NCBI GenBank assembly: GCA_963702475.1 | Contig: CAVPCT010000001.1 | Location: forward strand, 156,347-220,346 | Direction of reading: 5' to 3' | Source of the DNA: an uncultured Thermoleophilia bacterium | GTDB taxonomy: Bacteria > Actinomycetota > Thermoleophilia > UBA2241 | DNA: 64,000 nt | Shown: positions 36,590 through 47,189 of the stretch, in pieces | Numbering within the stretch: the stretch's first letter is position 1 | How the letters are laid out: each line of letters starts with the position of its first letter | Position numbers and translations under genes: made by a program | The notes under the pieces: model-generated | Databases searched by the model: none | The model's input: the letters and a program-made list of their open reading frames with translations, nothing else | What the model was told of the DNA's origin: nothing

Positions 36590-37518
36590 CCGGCGGCGAT
36601 GAGGGCCACTCCGGCGAGCGCCACGGCCACGCCGGCCACCTGATGCCTCGCGATGCGCTCGCGCAGCACGACGTAGGCGAGAAGCACCGTCACGACGGGG
36701 TAGACCGAGCCCAGCACGGCCACCAGGCTCAGATACCCCTGCGTGGTGGCCACGGAGAACAGGCCGTTGGCGCTGGTGTCGAGGATGCCGACGGCGATGA
36801 GGTACGGCACGGCCGCGCGCGTCATGCGGACGCGCGGCCTCAGCACCAGGAACAGCACCGCGAACAACGTGGCAGACGACATGCGTCCGCCCAGCATGGC
36901 CCACAGGGGATCGTGCCGGGCCGTGACGTCGTAGCCCACGAGCACGAGACCGATGCACAGCGCCGCGAGCAACGCCAGGCCCACGGCGAGACGGTGGTCG
37001 CGCCGCGCCGGCCGCGCCGCGGTCGCGACGCCGAGACCGCCGCGCACCGCCTCCGGCTCCACCGCCGGCTCGTTGGGGAGCGCGGCTACGCCGATCGTCT
37101 CGCCGGGACGCTCCGGTTCGACGGCGGCGAGCACGACGCCGACGGCCGCCAGGGCGACCCCCACCAGCTGGACCGTGCCCGGCCGCTCCCCGCTGATGAT
37201 GCCGGCCACGAACGGCACCACGGCACTCGTCGCGCTGATGGGGGCGACGATGCTCATCGTCCCGATGGCAAGGGCCTTGTAGAACGACGAGATGGCGACC
37301 ACGCTGGCCATCCCGCCGAGCAGGACCGGCCACACCACGCCGAGGCCGGGCCAGGCGTGGCCGGTACCCAGCGTGACGGCTGCGGCTGCGGCGAGCCCCA
37401 CCGCCTGGCTCCCGAGGATGACGGCCCACAAGCTGGCGCGGCGCGCGGTGAGGCCGCCCAGGAAGTCGCCCGATCCCCAGCAGAGGGAGGCGCCGAGGGC
37501 GAGAGCGATGGCGAGCAT
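36586..37518 (-). CDS. EamA/DMT-family transporter
   Basis: 10-TM pattern in two EamA repeats (SLCWGSGDFLGG..., ...LVAVLGSVYPVVTVLLA). Confidence 0.8.
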   Translation of the reverse strand: MLAIALALGASLCWGSGDFLGGLTARRASLWAVILGSQAVGLAAAAAVTLGTGHAWPGLGVVWPVLLGGMASVVAISSFYKALAIGTMSIVAPISATSAVVPFVAGIISGERPGTVQLVGVALAAVGVVLAAVEPERPGETIGVAALPNEPAVEPEAVRGGLGVATAARPARRDHRLAVGLALLAALCIGLVLVGYDVTARHDPLWAMLGGRMSSATLFAVLFLVLRPRVRMTRAAVPYLIAVGILDTSANGLFSVATTQGYLSLVAVLGSVYPVVTVLLAYVVLRERIARHQVAGVAVALAGVALIAAG

Positions 37519-37578
37519 GCCCGGAGGCTATCACGGCCGGTGGTAGGCTTGACGGGCGCCGCTCCCGGCGCCGCCGTC

Positions 37579-37938
37579 ATGACCGAGCCCATCGACATCC
37601 CCGAGAGCGACGACGACCTCCTCGCCCAGTGCGACGTGGAGACGTTCCGTGCCGGCGGGCCCGGCGGCCAGCACCAGAACGTCACCGACAGCGCCGTGCG
37701 GCTGCGGCACCGCCCGAGCGGCGTCACGGTCACGTGCCGGGCGCAGCGCAGCCAATACCTGAACAAGATGGACGCCCTGCGGCGGCTCCGCCTCAAGCTG
37801 CGGCGCCTGAACGAGCCGCCGCCCCCGCCGCGCAAGGCCACACGGCCGTCGCGCGCGGCGGTCGAGAGGCGGCTTGCGGAGAAGCGCGGGCGGGCGGCCC
37901 TCAAGCGCCTGCGCCGCCCGCCCGGGACCGCCGAGTGA
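37579..37938 (+). CDS. arfB: peptidyl-tRNA hydrolase ArfB-type (RF-1 GGQ domain, ribosome rescue)
   Basis: GGQ motif in AGGPGGQHQNVTDSAVRLRH, plus a basic C-terminal tail. ATG 37579. Confidence 0.8.
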   Translation: MTEPIDIPESDDDLLAQCDVETFRAGGPGGQHQNVTDSAVRLRHRPSGVTVTCRAQRSQYLNKMDALRRLRLKLRRLNEPPPPPRKATRPSRAAVERRLAEKRGRAALKRLRRPPGTAE

Positions 37939-37945
37939 GGACGGC

Positions 37946-38755
37946 GTGACCACCCTCCTGGCGGTCTTCGCGGTCGCCGTCGTGGCGGGGGTGTTCGGCA
38001 GCATGCTGGGCGTGGGTGGCGGCATCATCATGGTGCCGATGCTCTCGCTGGCGTTCGGGGCGCCGATCAAGGTCGCCATCGCCACGAGCATCGTCTGCGT
38101 CATCGCCACGTCCACCGTCGCCCAGACCAGCTTTGCTCGTCGCGGCATGACCAACATGAGGCTCGGCATGCTCCTCGAGATCGCCACGACGGTCGGCGCG
38201 GTGGCCGGCGGCGTGACCGCCGTCCTCATCCAGGGGAGCGTCCTGCAGGTCGCCTTCTCCGTCCTCCTGGTCTACGTGGCGTGGATGATGAACCGGCGCC
38301 GTGGCGACGCCGTGCCGGAGCCCACCGGGGTGCTGGAGGACTCCTACTACGACCCCGCGCTGAGGGAGCAGGTGACCTACGGGTGCAGGCGCGTGCCGCT
38401 CGGGTTCGTGCTCAGCCTGGTCGCCGGCAACGTCTCTGGGCTGCTCGGCGTCGGGGGCGGGGCCTTCAAGGTCCCGGTGATGAACCTGCTGATGGGCGTG
38501 CCGCTCAAGGCCACCATCGCCACCAGCAACCTCATGATCGGTGTGACCGCCGCGGCGAGCGCCGCGATCTTCTACGGGCGCGGGTACATGGACCCGCGGT
38601 TCGCCGTGCCCGCCGCCCTGGGCATCCTCCTGGGCGCGCGCTTCGGCCCGGGACTGGCCGTGCGTCTCTCCGCCCGGGCCCTGGGCGTCGCCTTCCAGGT
38701 GGTCCTGGTCGCGTTCGCGCTGCTGATGGCGCTGCAGGCGGCGGGGGTGGTGTGA
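37946..38755 (+). CDS. TauE/SafE (DUF81) family anion exporter
   Basis: The repeated motif G(S/L)LGVGGG(I/A) occurs in both halves. GTG 37946. Confidence 0.8.
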   Translation: MTTLLAVFAVAVVAGVFGSMLGVGGGIIMVPMLSLAFGAPIKVAIATSIVCVIATSTVAQTSFARRGMTNMRLGMLLEIATTVGAVAGGVTAVLIQGSVLQVAFSVLLVYVAWMMNRRRGDAVPEPTGVLEDSYYDPALREQVTYGCRRVPLGFVLSLVAGNVSGLLGVGGGAFKVPVMNLLMGVPLKATIATSNLMIGVTAAASAAIFYGRGYMDPRFAVPAALGILLGARFGPGLAVRLSARALGVAFQVVLVAFALLMALQAAGVV

Positions 38756-39192
38756 TGGGCGACGAGCCGCGGGACCCGCGCCTGATCGCGGCCGACAGCG
38801 CTGCTCGCGAGGAAACGCCCGGCGGCGCGCCGGCGTCCGCGTCGCCGCCGGCGCACGTTATGGACCCGCTCGAGCGCACGGTCCAGCGGGTGCTGCGCGA
38901 CGGCCTCGCCGTGAGCTTCGCGCTGATGGCGGTGGGGATCGTGCTGGCGGTGGCCCGCGGTCAGGGTCTCGCCCCGCGCGTGGTGCCGCTCGGTGAGCTC
39001 GGCGCCGGACTGGTCGCCCTCGACTCCGCCGCCTACCTCTCGCTCGGCCTGATCGCGCTGATCGCGACGCCGTTCGTGCGCGTGGCCGGCTCGCTGCTCG
39101 CCTTCATGCGGCTCCGCGACCGGCGCTACGCCCTGGTGACGGCGGTCGTGCTGGCGGTGATGTTCGTGAGCGTCGCCCTCGGAAAGGCCTGA
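38755..39192 (+). CDS. DUF1634 membrane protein (usual partner of DUF81 permeases)
   Basis: The ATG overlaps the TauE stop (TGATG). Three TM segments end in RLRDRRYALVTAVVLAVM. Confidence 0.65.
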   Translation: MGDEPRDPRLIAADSAAREETPGGAPASASPPAHVMDPLERTVQRVLRDGLAVSFALMAVGIVLAVARGQGLAPRVVPLGELGAGLVALDSAAYLSLGLIALIATPFVRVAGSLLAFMRLRDRRYALVTAVVLAVMFVSVALGKA

Positions 39193-39199
39193 GCGGGCC

Positions 39200-39265
39200 A
39201 GCCTGGCGGAACGACGGCCTGACCGGGCGCGCAGCCCGGCGGAACGAACGCCGGAGCGGGCGCGC
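39200..39265. repeat. 2 x 33-nt imperfect tandem direct repeat in a convergent intergenic region
   Basis: AGCCTGGCGGAACGACGGCCTGACCGGGCGCGC followed by AGCCCGGCGGAACGAACGCCGGAGCGGGCGCGC, with 28 of 33 positions identical by hand alignment. Confidence 0.6.
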
Positions 39266-39280
39266 GGCCCGGTCGCGGTC

Positions 39281-40540
39281 TCAGAGCGCGCAGGACGGCG
39301 GCGCGTCCAGGCCGCGCACCGCCGCCGCGGCGCGGCGCCCCGATTGCAGGGCGCCCTGCAGCGATCCGGTGTCGCGGTGGTCGCCGCACACGAAGAGCCC
39401 CTCGCGCAGTCGCACCGGGCGCTGGGCGGACGGCAGGGCGGCCGGCGTCTGCACCGGAAGGGCGAACGGGATGCGGTGCACGGCCAGGCGCCGCCACGCG
39501 TCGACCTGGGCGCCGAACCAGCGCCGCACTTGATCGCGCACGGCGTCGTCGAGCGCTTCGTCGTCCAGCGGCGGTATGCCGAGGATGCTGGCCGACACGA
39601 GCGCCGCGCCCGACGGCGCATAGCTGGGCGCCACGTCGCTGGGCACGCACAGCGTGTTGACCGGGCCCTGACGCTCGCCGTTGAGCACGAGCACCGGCTC
39701 GTTGACCGGCGAGCGTCCGGCCGCGTAGTACACGCACGTGGTGGCACGGCCGGCCGGCGCCTCCAGGGCGCCGGTGAGCCGCGCCGCCTCGGGTCCGTCC
39801 GCGGCCACGACCACGGCGGCGGCCTCAACGCGCTCGCCTCCGGCGAGCGTGACACCGCCGCCGTCCACGGCCTCGACCGTGCAGCTCAGGCGCAGCGCGC
39901 CCCCCGGCAGGCGTGAGGCCAGTTGCCGGGGCAAAGCCTGCATGCCGCCTGCCGGCAGTGTGGCTTCGCCCTCCGCGAACATCTTGAAGACGAAGGCGAA
40001 GAGGCGGCTGGATGTCTCGAGCGTCGGGTCCAGGAAGATGCCGCCGAGGTACGGCCGCCAGAACCCGTCGATCATGTCTGCGGAGAGACCCTCGCGCCTG
40101 AGCGCCTGTGCCGTGGTGACCTGCGGAGCGTCGAGGAGCTCGTTCAGCGAGTGGCCGATGAGACGCGAGCGCAGGCGGGCCACACGGAGCTTGTCGAGCA
40201 GGGAGCCGGGACCCTGGCCCAGGGACCTGGCGGCGTCCATCGGGTGCCGGAACGGGTCGGCGAAGCGGCTCACCCGTCCCTCGCGCCAGACGAGGGCGCC
40301 GGCGTAGAACGGGCGCAGGCCGAGCGCTTCGTAATCGAAGGCATGCCGCGCCTCGGGGTACGCGGTGGGAAACACCTGGAACCCGCGATCGAGCAGGAAC
40401 CCGTCCGCGGCGTCGGTCCGCACGCGTCCTCCCGCAGCGCCGGAGCGCTCGAGCACGAGCACGTCGGCGCCGTGACGCGCCAGCTCCACGGCGCAGCTCA
40501 GGCCGGCCAGGCCGGCGCCGACGACGACGACGTCGCTCAC
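39281..40540 (-). CDS. NAD(P)/FAD-dependent oxidoreductase (amine-oxidase / phytoene-desaturase fold)
   Basis: Dinucleotide fold VVVVGAGLAGLSCAVELARHGADVLVLERSGAAGGRV, and a C-terminal FVCGD motif. The GTG start overlaps the MarR stop (GTGA). Confidence 0.8.
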   Translation of the reverse strand: MSDVVVVGAGLAGLSCAVELARHGADVLVLERSGAAGGRVRTDAADGFLLDRGFQVFPTAYPEARHAFDYEALGLRPFYAGALVWREGRVSRFADPFRHPMDAARSLGQGPGSLLDKLRVARLRSRLIGHSLNELLDAPQVTTAQALRREGLSADMIDGFWRPYLGGIFLDPTLETSSRLFAFVFKMFAEGEATLPAGGMQALPRQLASRLPGGALRLSCTVEAVDGGGVTLAGGERVEAAAVVVAADGPEAARLTGALEAPAGRATTCVYYAAGRSPVNEPVLVLNGERQGPVNTLCVPSDVAPSYAPSGAALVSASILGIPPLDDEALDDAVRDQVRRWFGAQVDAWRRLAVHRIPFALPVQTPAALPSAQRPVRLREGLFVCGDHRDTGSLQGALQSGRRAAAAVRGLDAPPSCAL

Positions 40541-41052
40541 AGCGGCGCTCCCTCCCGTGCCGCCTCGAGCCGCGTCGCGGCCGGACCCGCGGCCGCGGCG
40601 CCCGGCAGCACGCGCTCCCAGTACGCTGCGAGGCCGGCCAGGTCCTCGGCGCCGAAGTGGCTGAGAAAGAGCCGGCGGACGCCGGCCAGGTGGGTGGGCC
40701 GCGCCACCGCGAGCTTCTCCCGTCCGCCGGCCGTGAGGACCGCCCAGTACCCGCGACCGTCCTCGTCGCACCGCTCGCGGCGCACGAGTCCGTCGCGCTC
40801 CAGGCGGTCCACGAGGCGGCTCACCCCGCTCGCGCTGAGCAGCACGGAGGCGCTCAGCTCGCTCATGCGGAGGCGTTCTCCGGAGGCCTCGCCGAGGTGC
40901 AGCAGCACCTCGTACGAGCGCAGGCCGATGCCGTGGGCCGTGCTGAGGTCGGTGTCCATCGTGCGCAGCAGGTAGGCATGCACGCGCAGCATGCCGCGCC
41001 AGGCCGCGAGCTCCGCGGCGCTCAGGGCGGCGTTGTGGGTCGGCTGCGTCAT
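40537..41052 (-). CDS. MarR-family transcriptional regulator
   Basis: Winged HTH LRMSELSASVLLSASGVSRLVDRLERDGLVRRERCDEDGRG. RBS GGGGGAG lies before ATG 41052. Confidence 0.85.
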   Translation of the reverse strand: MTQPTHNAALSAAELAAWRGMLRVHAYLLRTMDTDLSTAHGIGLRSYEVLLHLGEASGERLRMSELSASVLLSASGVSRLVDRLERDGLVRRERCDEDGRGYWAVLTAGGREKLAVARPTHLAGVRRLFLSHFGAEDLAGLAAYWERVLPGAAAAGPAATRLEAAREGAPL

Positions 41053-41066
41053 GTCTCCCCCGACTG

Positions 41067-41080
41067 CTTGACTGGTCAAG
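41067..41080. promoter_or_regulatory. 14-bp perfect palindrome CTTGACTGGTCAAG, candidate MarR operator
   Basis: It lies 15 nt upstream of the MarR start codon and contains TTGAC on both strands. Confidence 0.45.
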
Positions 41081-41266
41081 GGGAGTGTATACCTCACGGT
41101 GTCCTCCTGGTGATTGCACGGGGTGCACCCGCCGCGTAGAGTCACTCCCAGGCGGCCCCAGAGCCGTGGGGCCACGCTCCGGCTGCTCGCACAGAGGGCT
41201 CCCGTGTTTGCCGGCGGGAACGCTCTCAGTATCTACACGGTAGTTGAGTCGGACGGAGGTCCGGTC

Positions 41267-41629
41267 ATGTCTGAGTCCAAACCATCGGCGTGGCAGCGAC
41301 GTGAGCGGAGCCGTGATCTCACGGGTCTCGGCTGGCTCGAGGCGGACGTGCTCCGTGTGGTGTGGGACAACGGCGAAGTCACCGTGCGCGACGTGTACGA
41401 GGCGCTCCGCGAGCAGCGCCGCATCGCTTACACCACGGTCATGAGCGTGTTGCGCAACCTCGCCGCCAAGGGCCTGCTCGAGCAGGACCGGACCAAGGCT
41501 GCGTACGTCTACCGGCCCAAGGTCAGCGATGAAGAGGTGGCCAGAGGCATCCTCGACGCGCTGGTCGAGAAGATCATGGGCGGCCGTACGGAGCCGCTCA
41601 TCGACTACCTGCAGCACCCGCGGCACTGA
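41267..41629 (+). CDS. BlaI/MecI/CopY-family repressor
   Basis: LGWLEADVLRVVWDNGEVTVRDVYEAL...IAYTTVMSVLRNLAAKGLL is the family winged-helix signature. RBS GGAGG. The small palindrome CTACacgGTAG lies at 41233-41243. Confidence 0.85.
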   Translation: MSESKPSAWQRRERSRDLTGLGWLEADVLRVVWDNGEVTVRDVYEALREQRRIAYTTVMSVLRNLAAKGLLEQDRTKAAYVYRPKVSDEEVARGILDALVEKIMGGRTEPLIDYLQHPRH

Positions 41630-41657
41630 CCGGAGCAGGAGCGCCGAAAGGCCGCGG

Positions 41658-41675
41658 GTCCGGGCTTTCCCGGAC
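41658..41675. terminator. short GC hairpin between convergent genes
   Basis: GTCCGGG-cttt-CCCGGAC lies between the BlaI stop (41629) and the GGDEF stop (41696). Confidence 0.3.
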
Positions 41676-41695
41676 GGCCTCGTCGCCGGCCGGCG

Positions 41696-43135
41696 CTAGG
41701 CCCTGACACGCCGCCGCTCCTCGGCGCCGTGGAGCACCACCTGATCGCGGCCGCCGGCCTTGGCCGCGTAGAGAGCCTTGTCCGCCAGTTCCATGAGCTC
41801 GTCCAGGTCCGTGGCGTCGCGCGGGCAGGTGGCGACCCCGACGCTGATGGTGATGTTCACGTCGGCCGGCAGGCCCAGCCCCGTGTAGCGTGTGCCGCTG
41901 AGGGTGCGTCGCACGCGTTCGGCGACGAAGAAGGCGTTCTCGCCGGGCGTGCTGGGGAGGAGCACCGCGAACTCCTCGCCGCCGTGCCGTGCGCAGGTGT
42001 CGGTGGTGCGCAGGGCGTCGCGGATGGCCTGCGCGACCGTCTGCAGCACGCGGTCGCCGGTCGCGTGGCCGTAGGTGTCGTTGAAGTCCTTGAAGTGGTC
42101 GATGTCGATCATGAGCACGCTCAGCGGCGCCTGGTGGCGCAGGCTTCGCGCGATCTCCTCTCCGGCGCGCTTCATGAAGAAACGCCGGTTGTACAGGCGC
42201 GTGAGGTGGTCTGTGACCACCTGACGACGGATGGCGTCGTACTTGTAGGCGTTGGCGAGGGCACTCTGCACGTGACTCTGCAAGGTCTCGAGGATTTCCG
42301 GGGAGAGAAGCGAGACGTAGTCGCCGCTCGTGGAGGTCGCCAGCACAGCCATGTCGCCGACGTTCTCGACCTGCACGGGGACGACGACCTGTCCCTGCAT
42401 CGTGTGTGGGAACAGCGTGCAGGCGTGCCCGGTGGCGCGCACGATCCGCCCCGAGCTGATGGCCTGCCGTACGGGGCAGTCGGGCACGAAGGCGCAGCAG
42501 TCGGCCGATGCGTCCGGCAGTTGCACCCCTTGGGGACTCTCCACGATCGCGAAGGAGCGGGCCTCCGCGTCCAGCAGCAGGAGGGCAGCGAAGTCCGCGT
42601 GCAGGAACTGCCGGGAGCGCGAGAGCACACGGTCCACCGTCTCGCTGTACGGCAGGGCCGCGTTCATCTCGCGACCCAGCTCGCCGACGTCCATGAGCTG
42701 GCGGTTGAGGGCCTGCACGCGCTCGAGGTCGTCTTTGATGCTCTGCGACACCCACTCCTTGTCCTCGTTGGCGGTGAACACGGCGACGAGCGTACCGACC
42801 AGGTAGCCGAGCTCCCTGATCTCGTCGCGGTAGTAGGGATCGCTGCGCTCGTAGTTGCCGCCCAGGCGGGCGCGGGCGCGGCGGATGAGTCCGTTCACAG
42901 GGCGGTACACCCAGAGGTCCAGCACAAGGGCGATACACACGAAGGCGGCGAGCGTCGCCACGGCGAGCATCCACAACGGCGCGGCATGAAGCCACACCGA
43001 GGACGCAAGGAAGAAGACCCCGAGCACGACCGCCACCACGGCGACGGTCTTGAGCTCGAGGCTCACCCCCCGGTCGTAGCCGAGACTGTCGCCCCGGCGC
43101 CGTTCAGGCTGCTGCTCGGACGTGGCGGGCCTCAC
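41696..43135 (-). CDS. membrane-anchored GAF + GGDEF diguanylate cyclase
   Basis: Two N-terminal TM segments and a GAF-like middle region. The GGDEF domain has the intact active site RHGGEEFAVLLP and the RLYNRRFF start. The start codon is uncertain (GTG 43135 has no SD). Confidence 0.85.
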   Translation of the reverse strand: MRPATSEQQPERRRGDSLGYDRGVSLELKTVAVVAVVLGVFFLASSVWLHAAPLWMLAVATLAAFVCIALVLDLWVYRPVNGLIRRARARLGGNYERSDPYYRDEIRELGYLVGTLVAVFTANEDKEWVSQSIKDDLERVQALNRQLMDVGELGREMNAALPYSETVDRVLSRSRQFLHADFAALLLLDAEARSFAIVESPQGVQLPDASADCCAFVPDCPVRQAISSGRIVRATGHACTLFPHTMQGQVVVPVQVENVGDMAVLATSTSGDYVSLLSPEILETLQSHVQSALANAYKYDAIRRQVVTDHLTRLYNRRFFMKRAGEEIARSLRHQAPLSVLMIDIDHFKDFNDTYGHATGDRVLQTVAQAIRDALRTTDTCARHGGEEFAVLLPSTPGENAFFVAERVRRTLSGTRYTGLGLPADVNITISVGVATCPRDATDLDELMELADKALYAAKAGGRDQVVLHGAEERRRVRA

Positions 43136-43243
43136 TGGGTTGGGCGGTCTCTTGGGGTATCGGCAGAAGGCCCGCTTCCATGAGGGCCGCGCAGGCGGAG
43201 AGGAGGCGTGCGGCCGGCGCGCCCGCGGGGCCCCGGCGCGGGC

Positions 43244-43420
43244 TCAGAGCCGGCCGAGGATGCGCCGGTCGTGCGTGGGACGGGGGCACGAACGTCGCTC
43301 GCCGACACGTCGTTCTCGCACGTAGTACGCGCACGCGGCGCAGTAGGTGCTGCAGCGAAGACGCGTGTCCACATCGGCGACGCACAGCAGCGGCTGGAAC
43401 GTTTTGCGGGCCTGGTTCAT
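43244..43420 (-). CDS. unlisted 58-aa Cys-rich basic protein (candidate)
   Basis: Hand translation: MNQARKTFQPLLCVADVDTRLRCSTYCAACAYYVRERRVGERRSCPRPTHDRRILGRL. About 81 percent of codons end in G or C. No clear SD. It lies between the receiver gene and the GGDEF gene. Confidence 0.3.
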   Translation of the reverse strand: MNQARKTFQPLLCVADVDTRLRCSTYCAACAYYVRERRVGERRSCPRPTHDRRILGRL

Positions 43421-43487
43421 CGCGCACGTAGTTCGGCGCGTCTCCGGTGCTTCCTGCCCACCCGCCGTGGCCTGGCCGGACCGCGGC

Positions 43488-43856
43488 TCAGCCCTGGAGG
43501 TAGCTCTCCACGACGGTCAGCACCTGCGCGATACGGAACGGCTTGGTGATGTAGCCGTCGATGCCCGCGTCGGTGGCGCGCTCCATGTCGGTGGCCATGG
43601 CCTTGGCAGACAGCCCCACGATGGTGATGTCCCTGGTGGCAGCGTCGGCCTTGAGCTCGCCGACCGCCTCATACCCGCTCACGACCGGCATCATCATGTC
43701 CATGAGGATGAGGTCCGGATGGTGCTCGTGCGACAGATCGACGGCCTCGCGCCCGTTGGTGGCCTTGTACACCGTGTAACCCTGCGTCTCCAGGGACATG
43801 GAGACGATGCTCAGGATGTCGGGGTCGTCGTCTGCGACAAGGATGGCCTTCGCCAC
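43488..43856 (-). CDS. single-domain response regulator (CheY-like receiver)
   Basis: ILVADDDPD...DLILMDMMMP...SAKA...GYITKPF. I prefer GTG 43856, 9 nt after GAGGAG. The HK stop lies 14 nt upstream. Confidence 0.85.
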   Translation of the reverse strand: MAKAILVADDDPDILSIVSMSLETQGYTVYKATNGREAVDLSHEHHPDLILMDMMMPVVSGYEAVGELKADAATRDITIVGLSAKAMATDMERATDAGIDGYITKPFRIAQVLTVVESYLQG

Positions 43857-43869
43857 GTGGAGCACCTCC

Positions 43870-45708
<1,839 letters not shown>

Positions 45709-45836
45709 CGCTCGCCTTCCTGCTCTCCCGGCACCCACGGGGCCGAGGGTAAAGTATTCTATCGCGGGACCAGATGTCCGTCCCGGGCGGGCGGCCCGCC
45801 GTGCGCGGGGCGCGTCCGGTCGAAAGGAGGATCTCG

Positions 45837-47189
45837 ATGTCGGTGCCCAGGCTCGTGCTCTGCGGCCTCGAGCCCGGTCCGGCCCTCGCCCTCACCGCCG
45901 GCGCCGTGCTGGCGTCCCCCGGGCGTGGACGCACCGCCCGGGCCGTGACCGTCGGCGTCGACCTGCCCCTGTGGCGCCTCCTTCAGGCGAGTCCCGGGCG
46001 GGGGCCCCGTGTGCTCGACCCTGCGTTGCACGGCGAGTCCATGCTCGAGCTGTTCGACTCCTGGTGTGCCGGGATGGACCTGGTGCTTGTGGTCGCCGTC
46101 GAACCGGCGCTCGACCGCTGGCAAGGTGTCCGCGGGTCGCGCGCCGTGGACCTCGCGGCGGGCCTCGACGCGCCCCTCGTGCTCGTGCTCGAGGCCGGTG
46201 GGCGCGGCGCCACGGCCGCCGCCGCCGCGCGCGGGGTGCGCGACCTCGCCGGCCGCGCCGAGGTCGCCGGTGTGATCGTGGTGGGGGCGGACGACGCGCG
46301 CGTCGCGGAGCTCCGCGCGGTGCTGGGCGCCGACGCGGCTCTACCGGTGCTCGGCTGGGTCCCGCCGCGCCTCAGTGCGGTCTTCAGCGGTCTCTACGAT
46401 GGCTTGCGTCGGCCGGGCGACGCTGCGGGGGCGCAGCAGGTGTGCGCGGAGGCGTCATCCTTCCTGGACGCGGCCGAGCTGTCCGCGGCCGCGGCCCGCC
46501 GAGGGTTCGTGCCGGCTCGGCCGCGGCGCGTGCTCACGCCGGACCGCGGCGCCTCCGGCCTCACGCTCGCCGTGGCCGTGGCGTCGCCTCTCGAGCCGTT
46601 CGCGCCCGAGAACGTCGACCTGCTCCAAGCCGTGGGGTTGCGCATCGAGCGGTTCGACCTGGGCCGCGACGAGTCGCTTCCGGACGGGTCGTCGGGACTC
46701 CTGCTGTGCGGCGGCCTGGACGAAGGCGGCCTGAGCGGATTCGCCGCCAACGAGCCGCTCAACGCCGCCCTGGCGGCCGCGGTCGCGGCCGGGCTACCCA
46801 CGCTCGCCATGGGTGGAGGCTGCCTCCTGCTGCTGGACGGGCTGGCCGACACGCGAGGCGTCGTCCACCAACTCGCCGGCGCCTACGCCGGAGAGGCCGA
46901 ACTGCTCGGGTGGTACGAGCGTCCCCGCTACGTGCCCGTGAGGGCGGCGCCCGGCAACCCTTACGACCGCGGAGACGGCGTGTTCTACGACCTGTTCGAC
47001 GAAGACTTCCTGCTCCTCGAACAGGAGGCCGTCGCGTATGAGGTGAGTGGGCCCGCCGGGCAGGGCGAGACCGACGGTCTGGCCCTGCCCGGCTGTCTCG
47101 CCACCACGCTCGTGGCGTCCCTGCCCGGGAGTCCGGCGCTCGCCGCGGGGTTCGTGGCGGCGATGAAGGCGTGGGAGCGGCCCGCGTGA
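45837..47189 (+). CDS. CbiA/CobB (cobyrinic acid a,c-diamide synthase)-like protein with degenerate P-loop and amidotransferase triad
   Basis: The sequence looks collinear with my recollection of the CbiA family (VLVLEAGG...VAGVIVVG...LLLCGGLDE...). The Walker A region reads CGLEPGPALALTAG, the nucleophile region LAMGGGCLLLL and the His region YDLFDEDF. RBS AAAGGAGGA lies before ATG 45837. Confidence 0.6.
   Translation: MSVPRLVLCGLEPGPALALTAGAVLASPGRGRTARAVTVGVDLPLWRLLQASPGRGPRVLDPALHGESMLELFDSWCAGMDLVLVVAVEPALDRWQGVRGSRAVDLAAGLDAPLVLVLEAGGRGATAAAAARGVRDLAGRAEVAGVIVVGADDARVAELRAVLGADAALPVLGWVPPRLSAVFSGLYDGLRRPGDAAGAQQVCAEASSFLDAAELSAAAARRGFVPARPRRVLTPDRGASGLTLAVAVASPLEPFAPENVDLLQAVGLRIERFDLGRDESLPDGSSGLLLCGGLDEGGLSGFAANEPLNAALAAAVAAGLPTLAMGGGCLLLLDGLADTRGVVHQLAGAYAGEAELLGWYERPRYVPVRAAPGNPYDRGDGVFYDLFDEDFLLLEQEAVAYEVSGPAGQGETDGLALPGCLATTLVASLPGSPALAAGFVAAMKAWERPA

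Noticed and set aside
36590-37534. N-terminal 315 residues of ORF 35558..37534 (would make a 658-aa AlkA-like protein); likewise 40541..41626 for ORF 39281..41626
   Set aside because: These regions overlap the well-supported EamA and MarR/BlaI genes in other frames or strands and are Arg/Pro/Gly-rich. The GTG starts in GTGA overlaps give proteins of normal family length.
43244-43420. Idea that the CX3CX2C motif marks a radical-SAM enzyme
   Set aside because: At 58 aa it is far too short for a radical-SAM TIM barrel. I kept it only as a candidate small Cys-rich protein.
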